In this document: positions 46,970 through 62,236 of the stretch, piece by piece
How the letters are laid out: every line of letters begins with the position of its first letter
Position numbering within the stretch: the stretch's first letter is position 1
Assembly (NCBI GenBank): GCA_963770895.1
Contig: CAVYRF010000002.1
Location: forward strand, 3,008,001 to 3,072,000
Source: an uncultured Acidobacteriota bacterium
GTDB taxonomy: Bacteria > Acidobacteriota > Thermoanaerobaculia > Multivoradales > UBA5704
DNA: 64,000 bases
Direction of reading: 5' to 3'
Position numbers and translations under genes: made by a program
Notes under the pieces: model-generated
The model's input: the letters and a program-made list of their open reading frames with translations, nothing else
What the model was told of the DNA's origin: nothing
Database searches by the model: none

Positions 46970-47641
46970 CTAGCGGTACAGGCGCGCGCCGCGCTGCAGC
47001 TCCTCCACCCAGACCAGCTCGCAGGCCCCCGGCCCGGTGTCCTCGCGGGTCAGCGACGTGGCCCAGCGGAAGCCGCGGTCGCTTTCGACGTCCACCAGCA
47101 GGCCGCGCACGTGCACGCTGTCGCCGGAGCCGACGTGCGCCAGGGCGCGCGCCAGGTTGCGCGTGGCCGGGATCATGTGCATGTTGGCCGAATGGGTGGC
47201 GATGTAGTGCAGGTCGAGGCTGCCGTCGTGGGTGCGCCAGAAATAGAAGCGCGCCATCTGGGAGTACGAAACCTTGCCGCGGTAGGGTTCCAGCGGCAGC
47301 TGGCCCCAGGTCATCACCAGGTCCACCGGCACCAGGAAGGCGCCCGCGTCCAGGCTGTAGGGTTCGGCCGCGGCAACCACCGCGGCGATGTCGAACGCCG
47401 CGCGGGGGCGCACCGTCACTTCGCCGCTGCCGGTCGGCACGACGAAGGCCACGCGTTCGGTGTCCGTTTGCAGCGGCTCGCGCTGCCACTCGATCGGCGC
47501 ATCGGTCGGCACCGATCCGGCGGGCAGGGCGAACCCGCAGCCGCCGGCAGCCAGCCCGGCAAGAGCGGTCAGCCCCAGCAGCAGCAGGGCGCCAGCTGAG
47601 CGGGACCGCCGATGGAGCGGGCGGCGGGCGTGGCTGGTCAT
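46970..47641 (-). CDS. Hypothetical exported protein, possible lipoprotein
   Basis: Hydrophobic N-terminus ending LAAGGC; PVDL..TWG; SANMHMIPA; SLTREDTGPGACE. Confidence 0.7.
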   Translation of the reverse strand: MTSHARRPLHRRSRSAGALLLLGLTALAGLAAGGCGFALPAGSVPTDAPIEWQREPLQTDTERVAFVVPTGSGEVTVRPRAAFDIAAVVAAAEPYSLDAGAFLVPVDLVMTWGQLPLEPYRGKVSYSQMARFYFWRTHDGSLDLHYIATHSANMHMIPATRNLARALAHVGSGDSVHVRGLLVDVESDRGFRWATSLTREDTGPGACELVWVEELQRGARLYR

Positions 47642-47649
47642 CGGTGAGG

Positions 47650-48087
47650 CTAACGCAGGCGGGCGAGGATTTCGCCCAGGTCCGAGCCGATGCGCTGCAG
47701 CTGGTCGCGGTGGGTGGCGGCGAGCGGCTCGAGCAGCTCGGCGCCGCGCGGCGTGAGGCTGATGAAGACCTGGCGGCGGTCGTCGGCGCCGGGCTGGCGC
47801 ACCAGCAGGCCCTGGGACACCAGGCGATCGATCAGGCCGACGGCGCTGTGGTGGCGGATCTGCAGGCACTCGGCCAGCTCGCTCACCGTCAGGCGGTCGG
47901 CGCCGCCGAAGCCGCGCACGGCCAGCAGCGCCAGGTACTTTTGCGGCGTCACCCCGGCCCGTCGCGCCGCCTCTTCGCTGAAGTGCAGAAACTGCCGCAA
48001 GGCGTAGCGGAAAGCCGCCAGCGTCCGGTATTCCTCGTCGCTCACCGGTCGCGGGCCGGGAGCTGGTTCGCTGCTTCGGGTGCCCAT
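47650..48087 (-). CDS. MarR family transcriptional regulator
   Basis: YRTLAAFRYALRQFLHFSE; TVSELAE..HHSAVGLIDRL; DDRRQVFISLT. Start may be GTG 48045. Confidence 0.9.
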   Translation of the reverse strand: MGTRSSEPAPGPRPVSDEEYRTLAAFRYALRQFLHFSEEAARRAGVTPQKYLALLAVRGFGGADRLTVSELAECLQIRHHSAVGLIDRLVSQGLLVRQPGADDRRQVFISLTPRGAELLEPLAATHRDQLQRIGSDLGEILARLR

Positions 48088-48127
48088 CGTCAGCGGCGGA
48101 TTGTAGCAGTGTCCATGCCAAGATAAT

Positions 48128-48140
48128 ATCGTAATACGAT
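48128..48140. promoter_or_regulatory. Palindrome ATCGTA-a-TACGAT, probable MarR operator
   Basis: Perfect 6-1-6 inverted repeat in an AT-rich patch about 40 bp upstream of marR. Confidence 0.6.
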
Positions 48141-48144
48141 GCAA

Positions 48145-48312
48145 ATGAGGCAAGAGGGCGGAGGCCACGGGGCCGTGCGCGCTCTGGCGCGCGCCCCTGA
48201 CGGCAAGCTGACCGTGTTGGAGGCGGGCAGCGCCGAACCGCTGGCCGCCCTGGAGCGCCGCCTCACCGAAGAAGAGGTCCGCCAGCCCGGCTGGCTGCGC
48301 CGCCGCGGCTGA
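48145..48312 (+). pseudogene. Short ORF, possible remnant of the 3' end of a ClC/CBS chloride-channel gene
   Basis: 55 aa with GC3 bias ending DGKLTVL..LAALERRLTEEEVRQPGWLRRRG; divergent from marR; family resemblance recalled, not searched. Confidence 0.35.
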
Positions 48313-48330
48313 GGGCGGGAGCAGGGCGCT

Positions 48331-49370
48331 CTACGCGGTGCGGCGCAGGATCGCGCCGGAGGCGAAGCCGGCGCCAAAGGCCACGTCGATTTCGAAAGGC
48401 TTTGCCGGGTCGCTCGCGCGGGTGCCAGGGTTTCGTAATAACCGATCGGAATCGAAGCGGTCGAGGTGTTGCCATAGCGCGCGATGCCGTCGGTATAGAC
48501 CCTTTCCATCGGCACGCCCAGCTTTTTGCTGACCGCCTCGATGATGCGAAAGTTAGCCTGGTGGGGAAACAGGTAGCTCACGTCGTCCAGGCTGATCGCG
48601 GTCTGCCGCGCGTGGTTGTATTTGGCGATCACCGCCAGGATGTCGTTGACCATCGTCTTGACCGCGACCGGGAAGACCCGCGGCCCGTCCATGTGCAGGT
48701 AGGGCCGCACGCCCTGATCGCGGTGCGAGAAAGTGTGGTCGCCGTCGTGCTGGCATTCCAGCACCGGGTCGCTGTACAGCAGATCGCCGTAGCGGCCGTC
48801 GGCATGGGTGTGGATGGCCTCGATGCCGCCCGCCGGGACGGCGCCCATGACCACCGCGCCGGCGCCGTCACCGAGCACCACGCAGGTCGTGCGGTCGCTC
48901 CAGTCGGTGATGTGCGACAGGCCGTCGACGCCGACGACAAGGCACAGGAGGTCGCGGCCGTGCACCTCCCGCTCGACGTAAATCTTGTTGTAGGCCTCTT
49001 CCACGGCGTAGATGAATCCGGCGCAACCGGCGCTGACGTCGGCGGCGGCGGCGGTTTCGGCGCCGAGCTCCCGCTGCAGCTGCGTCGCCAGGCTGGGAAA
49101 CCGCATCCAGGTGTTGACCGCCACCCTGATGTCACCGATCCGGCTGGCGTCGATCCCGGCGTCGGCGATGGCCTGCCGCGCCGCCGACACCGCCATGCCG
49201 AGGATGGTTTCCTGCGGTCCCAGGACGCGCCGCTCGCGAATGCCGGTGCGGCGCTGGATCCAGGCGTCGCTGGTATTGACCAGCCGTTCGAGATCGGTGT
49301 TGGTGAGCGTTGCGCCGGGAACCCAGCGCCCATGGCCTAGGTAACCGATGTGAAACGCCGCGCGCGGCAT
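48331..49370 (-). CDS. fabH: 3-oxoacyl-ACP synthase III, frameshifted near the 3' end
   Basis: TSDAWI..RTGI.ERR; AGCAGF; GDGAGA; PHQAN; YGNTSTAS. The terminal VAFGAGFASGAIL motif is in another frame ending TAG at 48331. Confidence 0.85.
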
Positions 49371-49786
49371 GGAATCCTCCTTGAGCCCGCTTCGCCCCTT
49401 GCCGACGGTTCGGCGCGAGACGCGTTGATCGACGTCCGCATACAGCGCTGCGCCATGAGGGTTTCTCGCATTCTATACGTGTCCGGGCCGGACGGTAGTG
49501 CTCGCCTCCTCCTCCGGTCGTGTCCTCACTCCGTGTTGGTGGCGAAGGCGCCGGGCGGCGGTGGGGGCGGAGGGCGGGACGGTGGCCGCTGCGGGAGCAG
49601 ATGCCGGGGAGGTTGGCGGCCGGTCGGCCCTGGTGCCGCCGCCGGACCGGCGCCGGCTTGAGGCGGATGCATTGTCGTGGCGCGCAGGAAGTTCCAGCCT
49701 GCGCGCCACAACTGGATGGCCGGCGTCCACGGTACCGCGCCCGGCTGGCGCGATTTGCGGCTTGATCTGAGTGCGGCTGGCGCGCT

Positions 49787-50005
49787 TCAGTCCAGGCAGC
49801 CGTCGAGGCAGTCCGTATAGTGGGTGCCGCAGTTCTGCTCGCAGGTCGGATTGCCGTTGCAGCCCTGCAGGCAGAGCGTCTGCTGGCGCCCGCAGTCCTG
49901 GACGCAGATGCAGGAGTAGCACGGTACGGCGCTGGCTGGCTGGAGGGCCACCAAGCCGAGCAGGGCGACCATCAATCCGAACAGCAGGACGCGAGTGCGC
50001 TTCAT
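49787..50005 (-). CDS. Secreted cysteine-rich mini-protein (72 aa, 10 Cys)
   Basis: RBS aaaaggag; signal peptide ending ASA; mature VPCYSCICVQDCGRQQTLCLQGCNGNPTCEQNCGTHYTDCLDGCLD. Confidence 0.8.
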   Translation of the reverse strand: MKRTRVLLFGLMVALLGLVALQPASAVPCYSCICVQDCGRQQTLCLQGCNGNPTCEQNCGTHYTDCLDGCLD

Positions 50006-50233
50006 CTTTGCATCTCCTTTTGGGGACCTGGGGTGAGCGCCTCATGCGATCATCCCCATAAATGCAAAGTGAAGTCCGCTCGCAATCCGTGACATTCCGC
50101 AACCGCCCGCCGTCCGCCAGTCCGCGCCCCATGCCTGCTTCTCCAAAATGCGATCAATTCGATCTTAATAGTCGTTAAAGCGGAGCGTGAGATGGCCCGC
50201 GAACAGAAGGGCGCGGGCCAGCGGCCAGCTCAG

Positions 50234-51547
50234 TCAGTGCGCGTTCGGCCCGCGGACGATGACGCCTCCCTTCATCACGAAATCCAGGTGCTCCAGGGCG
50301 CGCACGTCTGTCAGGGGATTGCCCGGGGCTGCGACGAGGTCGGCGAGCTGGCCCGGCGCGATGGTGCCGCGATCGGTGACGCCGAGGAGGTCGGCGGCGG
50401 CCAGCGTGGCGGAGCGGATGGCATCCAGCGGCGACAGGCCGGCGTCGACCAGGAGCGCGAACTGGCGGGCGTTCTCGCCGTGGGGGTAGACGCCGGCGTC
50501 GGTGCCGTAGGCGATCTTGACGCCGGCGCGAATGGCCCTGCGCAGGCTCTCCGCGGCGCGGCGGCTCTCCTCCCGGCCCTTGACGGCCATCTCGTCGGGG
50601 AGGTCGACGGCCGCCCCATGCGCGACGCCGACGTATGGCGTCGGCACCAGGTAGGTGCCCTTCTCCTTCATCAGGCGGATGGCTTCGTCGTCGAGCTGCG
50701 AGCCGTGCTCGATCGAGTCGACGCCGGCATGGAGGGCGGCGAGGGTTCCGGCCAAGGCCTCGGCGTGCGCCAGAACTTTAAGGCCGTTGCGCTTCGCTTC
50801 CTCGACGACGGTGCGCATCTCCTCCTCCGAGAACTGCTGCACGTCGAGCGTCCGTTCGAAGCTGGCGACCCCGCCGGTGACCATGAGCTTGATCACCCGC
50901 GCGCCGTGCTTGATCTGATAGCGCACGGCGTGCAGCAGCTGCTGCGGGCCGTCGGCGATCCCCTGCTCCGGCCCGTGCTCGAAAACGCCGGGCGGGAATC
51001 CGGTGTCGTCGCCGTGGCCGCCGGTCATACTGATCTGATAGCCCGCGGGCGTGATCCGCGGCCCGCTGGCGAATCCTTCCGCGATGGCCTTGGCGAGCGC
51101 CACGTCGATGAAGTCGTTGTCTCCCGCCGAGCGAACGCTGGTGAAGCCCGCCGCCAAGGTGGCGCGGGCGTTGTCCGCCGCCCGCAGAGCCGAGTCGACC
51201 GCGCTGTCGAAGAGATATTGCGCGAACCTCCCGGGCCGCGCGCTGCCCACCGACAGGTGGACGTGCATATCGAACAGCCCCGGCAGCAGGGTGCGGTCGC
51301 CGAGCGCCACCACCCGCGCTCCCGCCGGCAGCGCCACCGCGGTGCGGGCTCCGGCGGCTTGGATGCGCTCGCCTTCGACGACCACCACGGCGTCGTCCAC
51401 GACCCTCCCGCTGCGCACGTCGATCATGCGGTTCGCGGTGATCGCCAACACCTCCGCACCTGTCGCGGCAGGATTCGACGCTCCTGCCAGGAGCACCGCG
51501 ATCGCCACGGCGCCGCCGGCGCGCCCGATTGCCTGGTGCCTGCGCAT
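50234..51547 (-). CDS. Secreted metal-dependent amidohydrolase (Xaa-Pro dipeptidase-like)
   Basis: LLPGLFDMHVH; GFTSVR; GGHGD; IK; AH; SIEHG; GTDAG; ADLV. Start may be 51568. Confidence 0.9.
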   Translation of the reverse strand: MRRHQAIGRAGGAVAIAVLLAGASNPAATGAEVLAITANRMIDVRSGRVVDDAVVVVEGERIQAAGARTAVALPAGARVVALGDRTLLPGLFDMHVHLSVGSARPGRFAQYLFDSAVDSALRAADNARATLAAGFTSVRSAGDNDFIDVALAKAIAEGFASGPRITPAGYQISMTGGHGDDTGFPPGVFEHGPEQGIADGPQQLLHAVRYQIKHGARVIKLMVTGGVASFERTLDVQQFSEEEMRTVVEEAKRNGLKVLAHAEALAGTLAALHAGVDSIEHGSQLDDEAIRLMKEKGTYLVPTPYVGVAHGAAVDLPDEMAVKGREESRRAAESLRRAIRAGVKIAYGTDAGVYPHGENARQFALLVDAGLSPLDAIRSATLAAADLLGVTDRGTIAPGQLADLVAAPGNPLTDVRALEHLDFVMKGGVIVRGPNAH

Positions 51548-51581
51548 ACGCTGCCACCTGCCTTTCATTGTCCCCGCCTGG

Positions 51582-52658
51582 TCAGGTGCCGGGGCTGATG
51601 CGCCGGGCGTAGATCGTGGTGGCCGGCTCGGTGGCCCAGACGGCGACCGCGGTGGTGCCGCTGGCGGCCAGGGCGGGGCTGTGCTGCGCGCCGGCGGTGG
51701 TGGTGTTGACGGGGAAGTCGAAACCGGTGGGGATGCCGGCGGGGGCGATGAGGCGCCCGAAGATGCTGCTGGCGTCGCCGTCGCGGCCGGATTCGTCCTC
51801 CCAGATGGCGACGAAGCCCTGGTGGTTGGCGAAGGCGGCGAGTTGGGGAGTGACGAGGGTGTCGGCCGGGTGGCGGCTGATGGCGGCCGGACCATCGCGG
51901 AGGGCGGTCCCGATGGCGACGAAGAAGCGGCCGGAGATGCCGTTTGCGGGGATGGGGGAAAGGGGCAGGTCGCCCAGACTCGCGGGCCGGGCGCTGTCCC
52001 AGAGGGCGCCGATGATGCCATCGTTGCCGACCGCGACGGCGGCATCGTAGCTGGGATCGATGCAGCAACGGGAGTCGAGCTGGTCGATGGGCTGAAACGT
52101 CCCGTCGGGAGAGAGGCGGTAGAGCACGACCTCGACGCTGTCGCCCCAATCGGTGACCATGGTCAGCAGCGACCCGTCGGGGGCGAAGGCGGCGCGGGCG
52201 TGCACCGCCACCTGGTTGGTGACCGGCGCGCCACCGCGATCGAAGAGCTGCATCATCACGCGGCTGAACGGCGAGGTGCCCGCCTGCGGCACGATCTGGT
52301 CCCACAGCACCACGAACTGGTGGTCGCCCACCACCCCCACCCCATCCACCAACGCGCTGCCCGAAAGCGGCCGCACGACCAGGAACTCTCCCGACGAGGG
52401 CGCTCCCGACTTGAGGAACAGCCGCGCATGGATCACCGTCGGCGTCTGCGGGCCGGCGTTCCCACGCGCGTTCCACACCACGACGAAACCCCCGTCGGGA
52501 AAGACCGCCACCTTGGGCGCCGACTGCACATCCGCCGTGCTCACGCTGACCCGGATCTCCGGGCCCAGGACCACCGACGCCCCAGCCGGCGCCGCCAAGG
52601 CCGCCAGCCCGCAGGTGGCGAAAAACATCGCCGCGCGCAGGTTCCACAGATCTTTCAT
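51582..52658 (-). CDS. Secreted repeat protein (EFxVN..Q..P.VA beta-repeat type)
   Basis: Signal peptide; repeats GPEIRVS..QSAPKVA..GGFVVVW and DFPVNTTTAGAQHSPALA. Confidence 0.72.
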   Translation of the reverse strand: MKDLWNLRAAMFFATCGLAALAAPAGASVVLGPEIRVSVSTADVQSAPKVAVFPDGGFVVVWNARGNAGPQTPTVIHARLFLKSGAPSSGEFLVVRPLSGSALVDGVGVVGDHQFVVLWDQIVPQAGTSPFSRVMMQLFDRGGAPVTNQVAVHARAAFAPDGSLLTMVTDWGDSVEVVLYRLSPDGTFQPIDQLDSRCCIDPSYDAAVAVGNDGIIGALWDSARPASLGDLPLSPIPANGISGRFFVAIGTALRDGPAAISRHPADTLVTPQLAAFANHQGFVAIWEDESGRDGDASSIFGRLIAPAGIPTGFDFPVNTTTAGAQHSPALAASGTTAVAVWATEPATTIYARRISPGT

Positions 52659-52805
52659 CTCTTTCCCCCTGAGGAGCGCAACCGCCCCTATCTGATCTGC
52701 TCCGATACTGCCAGGTTGCTTTCAGGCGTGCAAATGTCAGTGCACGACGATCGGTTCGTCGAGGCCGGGTAGCGGGAGCGAAACGGCCGAAAACGGCCAG
52801 GTCGC

Positions 52806-52834
52806 TTGCCGGTGCGCCGCGAGCGTGGTACAGT
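52806..52834 (+). promoter_or_regulatory. Sigma70-type promoter upstream of the riboswitch and metH
   Basis: TTGCCG-N17-TACAGT with extended -10 TG; predicted start about 52841. Confidence 0.55.
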
Positions 52835-52840
52835 GGCCGC

Positions 52841-52950
52841 GGCATTACGAGCGGTCCGGCACAGCCGGGCTCGGCAACCTGGGGCGGACACCCAAGGTGC
52901 CCTCTCGCGCAAGCGAGGATGCGGTCGCGGCGGCGACAACCAAGTGTCCT
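52841..52950 (+). ncRNA. SAM riboswitch, SAM-I/IV variant
   Basis: P1 GCAT/ATGC; GAGC..GCTC; GGCAACC..GGTGCC core; 3' hairpin GTCGC/GCGAC; pseudoknot GGACAC (52886-91) with GTGTCC (52944-49); upstream of metH. Confidence 0.85.
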
Positions 52951-52970
52951 GCAGTCGGCGTTGACCAGCT

Positions 52971-53008
52971 AAACCCGCTCTCGTGATGCTCGACGAGGCG
53001 GGTTTTTT
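52971..53008 (+). terminator. Intrinsic terminator (riboswitch expression platform)
   Basis: aaacccgc-tctcgt-gatgctcg-acgag-gcggg followed by a T tract. Confidence 0.8.
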
Positions 53009-53042
53009 GTCGTTTCCCCCCGCCCATGGACTGGAGGCTTTG

Positions 53043-56591
<3,549 letters not shown>

Positions 56592-56776
56592 GCGGCCGCA
56601 GGCCGGCGCCGCGGTGGTGATCCGCGCCGGCAGCCGCCTGGTGACGCCCGCCATGGCGGCGCCCGCAGCGGCGGCCCCCCGCGGAATCTGCGCCGCGGGG
56701 TGTAACTCCGCAGCGGATAGAATCGTCTCCGGGGCAGGGGGTCGGTAGATCGGGCAGGGAGCAGGAAGATCCAATC

Positions 56777-58396
56777 ATGCGTGCAACTCCTGCAAAGCCG
56801 CTGTTCGGCCGTGCCGCCGCCTTGGCCTCGCTGATGGCGCTGCTGCCGTTCCTGCTGCCGGTGGCAGCTCTGGCGGCGTCTCCTGCGTCGCCGGCGACGC
56901 CGACATTGCCGGCACCGCCTCTGTCGTCAGCCTCGCCGGCGGTGCGGTCGTCCGCTGCGCCGCCGCCGGTGGCGGGCGGTGCCGCGGTCCTGTCGTCGGC
57001 CGCGATCGGTGCGGCGCGGGCGCTGGTGGCGACCGCTTTCGATCAGCTGGAGACGGCGGCTAAAGCATGGCGGCAGACGGCGCCGGCGGCCTGGCAACCG
57101 GTCCTGGAGGATGACGCCGCGGCCCTGGGCGACAGCCTGGGTGCGCTCGACGCGGCGCTCGCCGCTGCAAATCCGGGGTACCTGGCGATCCTGGGAGACG
57201 CCGATCGCGGCCTGGTGGCGCTGCAACTGGCCTGGCGCCGGGCGCAGGGGGCGGCGGCGCCCGGTTCTGCGCGGCGGTCCGAGCCGGTGGTGCGCGCGCT
57301 CGACAGCCTTGCGGAAGCGATGTCGCAACTGGTCGGCACCTACGGTGCGGCCGCCCGGCGCGCCGCCCGTGGCCCCATGTCGGTGGGTGAATCCAGCAGC
57401 TTCATCCGTCTCAACCAGGCCGCTGCAAGCTTGCAGGCGCGTCTCCCCGCCCTGGCTGCGGCGGCGCGGGGCCAGGGGGATGCGGCCCTGGCAGCAACCC
57501 TGGCGAGCCTGCAGGAAACCTTGCAGCAGATCGCCGCCGCACCGCCGACTCTTGCCGGCTACCTGGTCGCCCTCCAGGCAAGCAGCGACGCAGTAGCCCT
57601 GTGGAACGGCAGCGCCCCGTTCCTCTCCGCGGCCGAGCAGGCAGCCTCGCAGCAAGCCGAAAGCGCCGCCGGCGATCTGACCACGGCCGCCGAAACCGGC
57701 TTTGTCTTCACCACCGACTTTGCCAGCGGCGCCACCTCCTCCTTTGTGGCCGCAGCGCCTGCCGACAACGCGCCGGGCGGCGGTCCTGCCGGCGGCGGGG
57801 CCGGAATGGGGCCTGCCGACGACGACGACCTAGACGGCGGCTGGGGCGCGTCCGCTGCCGATCCCATGTCGCGGGGAGCCTTCCCGGCGGCCGCGGCCCC
57901 TGTCGACGCAGCAGAGGCCGCCGACGCCGCCGCCGGCGGTGGCAGCGTCGGCATTCGCCCCGGCGCCGCACTTGCCGATGCCATCCCAGCGGATCCAGCC
58001 GCGAGCACCGGAGGCTTCGCGAGCCTGGGTGGCGCCGCCGCGGCACCAGCCCTGCCGCCGGGCGCCAACCCGCCGGCCGGCAGCGCCGACCCAGGCCGGA
58101 TCGTCATTCACGGCGGAGCCGCCGGCATCGCCGAAGCGGCCGCCGCCGGCATCGACATCAGCGGCGACGGCGCCCCGGCGTTCTCCTTCGAGCTGGGAGA
58201 CCTGTCCGGCGAAGCCATGGCCGCGGCCCTCGCCGCCAGTCCTGAAGACGAAGCGCCCTCCACCTTCGATCCAGACGCGGACGCCGGTATCGATGAGCCC
58301 CCTGGTCCCCTGGCCTGGGAACCGCTCTGCCGCCCCTGGCAGCCGCCGCCTGGAGGCCACGACCTCTGCCTTGCCCCGTCCGCGGCGCGCCACTAG
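56777..58396 (+). CDS. Hypothetical secreted Ala-rich protein with low-complexity acidic C-terminal half
   Basis: Signal-like N-terminus; RBS-like aggaag; fills the gap between metH and the antiporter. Confidence 0.55.
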   Translation: MRATPAKPLFGRAAALASLMALLPFLLPVAALAASPASPATPTLPAPPLSSASPAVRSSAAPPPVAGGAAVLSSAAIGAARALVATAFDQLETAAKAWRQTAPAAWQPVLEDDAAALGDSLGALDAALAAANPGYLAILGDADRGLVALQLAWRRAQGAAAPGSARRSEPVVRALDSLAEAMSQLVGTYGAAARRAARGPMSVGESSSFIRLNQAAASLQARLPALAAAARGQGDAALAATLASLQETLQQIAAAPPTLAGYLVALQASSDAVALWNGSAPFLSAAEQAASQQAESAAGDLTTAAETGFVFTTDFASGATSSFVAAAPADNAPGGGPAGGGAGMGPADDDDLDGGWGASAADPMSRGAFPAAAAPVDAAEAADAAAGGGSVGIRPGAALADAIPADPAASTGGFASLGGAAAAPALPPGANPPAGSADPGRIVIHGGAAGIAEAAAAGIDISGDGAPAFSFELGDLSGEAMAAALAASPEDEAPSTFDPDADAGIDEPPGPLAWEPLCRPWQPPPGGHDLCLAPSAARH

Positions 58397-58422
58397 ACCC
58401 GCCGTTGCCTGCGTGAGGCCGG

Positions 58423-60363
<1,941 letters not shown>

Positions 60364-60431
60364 CCGCGCATGCTATCCCGCGCCGCCTGAGGCCCGCCGT
60401 CTTCGCGCAATCTGAGGTAGGCTGGCTGCCT

Positions 60432-61673
60432 ATGTCCGACCGCGTACCTGCTACCGCCGGGGCCGCCGCCGATCCGGCGGCCGCCGCCGGCGCCGTGACG
60501 TTGGGGGCGGCGCGCTTCTGGGACGGGCAGGTTGCCAGCCCCGACGCGCAGAGCCGCCACTGGCTGGAGTCGCCGCAGGCCGCCAGGCTGGTCAATCGGC
60601 GCGTCACCGGCAGGGAGGACGTGTACCCCCTGGTGGCGTTGGCCGAGCAGCTGCGCGGGCACCTGCCGATCCGGCACGCTCTGTCGATTGGCTGCGGCAC
60701 CGGCAGCCTGGAGCGCGAGGCGGTGCTGGCCGGCATGGTGGAGCGCATCGACGGCATCGACGTGAGCGCCGCGGCGCTCGACTGCGCGCGCGACGCGGCG
60801 CGCGCCGACGCCGGCCTGGCCCGCCGCATCGCCTACACCCAGGTGGACGCCGCCACCTGGCTGGCGGCCACGGAGCCGGGGCGCTATCAGTTGATCGTCT
60901 TCCACGGCAGCCTGCATCACATCGCCGAGCTGGAGGTGGTGCTGGCGCACTGCGCCACGGTGCTGCGCGGCGCGCCGGCGGGCCAGGGCTGGCTCTACCT
61001 GGACGAATACGTGGGGCCGTCGCGCGATCAGTGGTGCGACGCCGACCTGGCGCCGGCGCGCGAGCTGTTCGCGCAGGTGCCCGCGCAGCTGCGCCGCACG
61101 CCACGCCTGGATCAGCCGATGGACCAGGACGACCCCAGCGAAATGGTGCGCTCGGCCGACATCGAGCCGGTGCTGCGCAGCTGGTTCGAGGTGGAGAGCT
61201 ACCGCCCCTACCACGGCAACCTGCTCTATCCCTTGCTGTCGGCGGTGCGCGCCGATGCGTACGCCCACCCCGCGGTCGAGCGCCTGGTGGCGGCCGCCGC
61301 GGCGCGCGAAGATGCGCTGGCCGCCGGCGGCAGCTTGCGGCCGTTGTTCGCCTGCTACCTGGCCCGGCCGCGCCCGGCTGCCGAGGCCGCCGAGCGGGCC
61401 GCCGTCTGGTTCGCCAGGCAGGGTGCGGCGCTGGAGGCGGCGGGCGCCGACCAGGCGTGGCTCGACGGCGGGCCGCTGCCCAGCTACGAAACCGAGCTCG
61501 GCTTGCGCCGCCTGCTCGCCCAGCGCACCGCCGAGCAGCGCGACCTGTACCGCGAGATCGGCAGGCTGGGGCAGCTCATCAAATCCATGGAATCGGCGCG
61601 GGCTTGGCGCCTTCACGCCTGGCTGGAGCGCCACGTCCGCGTCCCGCTGCGGCGCCTCGGACGGCGCGGATAG
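60432..61673 (+). CDS. Class I SAM-dependent methyltransferase with C-terminal coiled coil
   Basis: LSIGCGTG; DGIDVS; SLHHI; EYVGP; DPSE; tail LIKSMESARAWRL. Confidence 0.85.
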   Translation: MSDRVPATAGAAADPAAAAGAVTLGAARFWDGQVASPDAQSRHWLESPQAARLVNRRVTGREDVYPLVALAEQLRGHLPIRHALSIGCGTGSLEREAVLAGMVERIDGIDVSAAALDCARDAARADAGLARRIAYTQVDAATWLAATEPGRYQLIVFHGSLHHIAELEVVLAHCATVLRGAPAGQGWLYLDEYVGPSRDQWCDADLAPARELFAQVPAQLRRTPRLDQPMDQDDPSEMVRSADIEPVLRSWFEVESYRPYHGNLLYPLLSAVRADAYAHPAVERLVAAAAAREDALAAGGSLRPLFACYLARPRPAAEAAERAAVWFARQGAALEAAGADQAWLDGGPLPSYETELGLRRLLAQRTAEQRDLYREIGRLGQLIKSMESARAWRLHAWLERHVRVPLRRLGRRG

Positions 61674-61729
61674 CGGCGGCTGGCGGAGCGACAAAGGACG
61701 GCCTGCGGGCTCAGGGGAGGGTTGCGGCG

Positions 61730-62209
61730 ATGACCAGTTCGATGGTGATCTACGGTGTGGCGTTGGGCCTGGGTATCGTTGCCGGGTTGCGCACGTTCAC
61801 GGCGCCGGCGGCGACCTGCTGGGGGGCGTCGTGGGGTTGGTTGCACCTGCAGGGGTCGCGCCTGGGGTGGATGGCCTCGCCGGTCGCGGTCTGGCTGTTC
61901 ACGCTGGCGGCGCTGGGCGAGCTGGTCCTGGACAAGCTGCCGGGCACCGGCAGCCGCACTGCGGCCGGCCCGCTCACCGGCAGGGTGATCAGCGGCGGGT
62001 TGTGCGGCGCCGCGGCGGGCATCGCCGGCGGCCAGGGGGTGATCGTCTGCGTGCTGCTGGGCGCCGTCGGCGCCCTGATCGGCACCTTCGGCGGCCACCA
62101 GGCTCGCACCGGGCTGGTGCGGGCGCTGGGCGTGCCGGACTTCGTCATCGCCCTGCTGGAGGACGCCGTGGCGATCGCCGGCGGCTTCTGGCTCGCCTCG
62201 CGCCTGTAG
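61730..62209 (+). CDS. Small membrane protein (DUF4126-like)
   Basis: GIVAGLRTFTAPA; GELVLDKLP..SR; ALLEDAVA; RBS ggggagg. Confidence 0.8.
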   Translation: MTSSMVIYGVALGLGIVAGLRTFTAPAATCWGASWGWLHLQGSRLGWMASPVAVWLFTLAALGELVLDKLPGTGSRTAAGPLTGRVISGGLCGAAAGIAGGQGVIVCVLLGAVGALIGTFGGHQARTGLVRALGVPDFVIALLEDAVAIAGGFWLASRL

Positions 62210-62236
62210 CCTCTCGCGCCTGCAGCTCCCCGCCTG

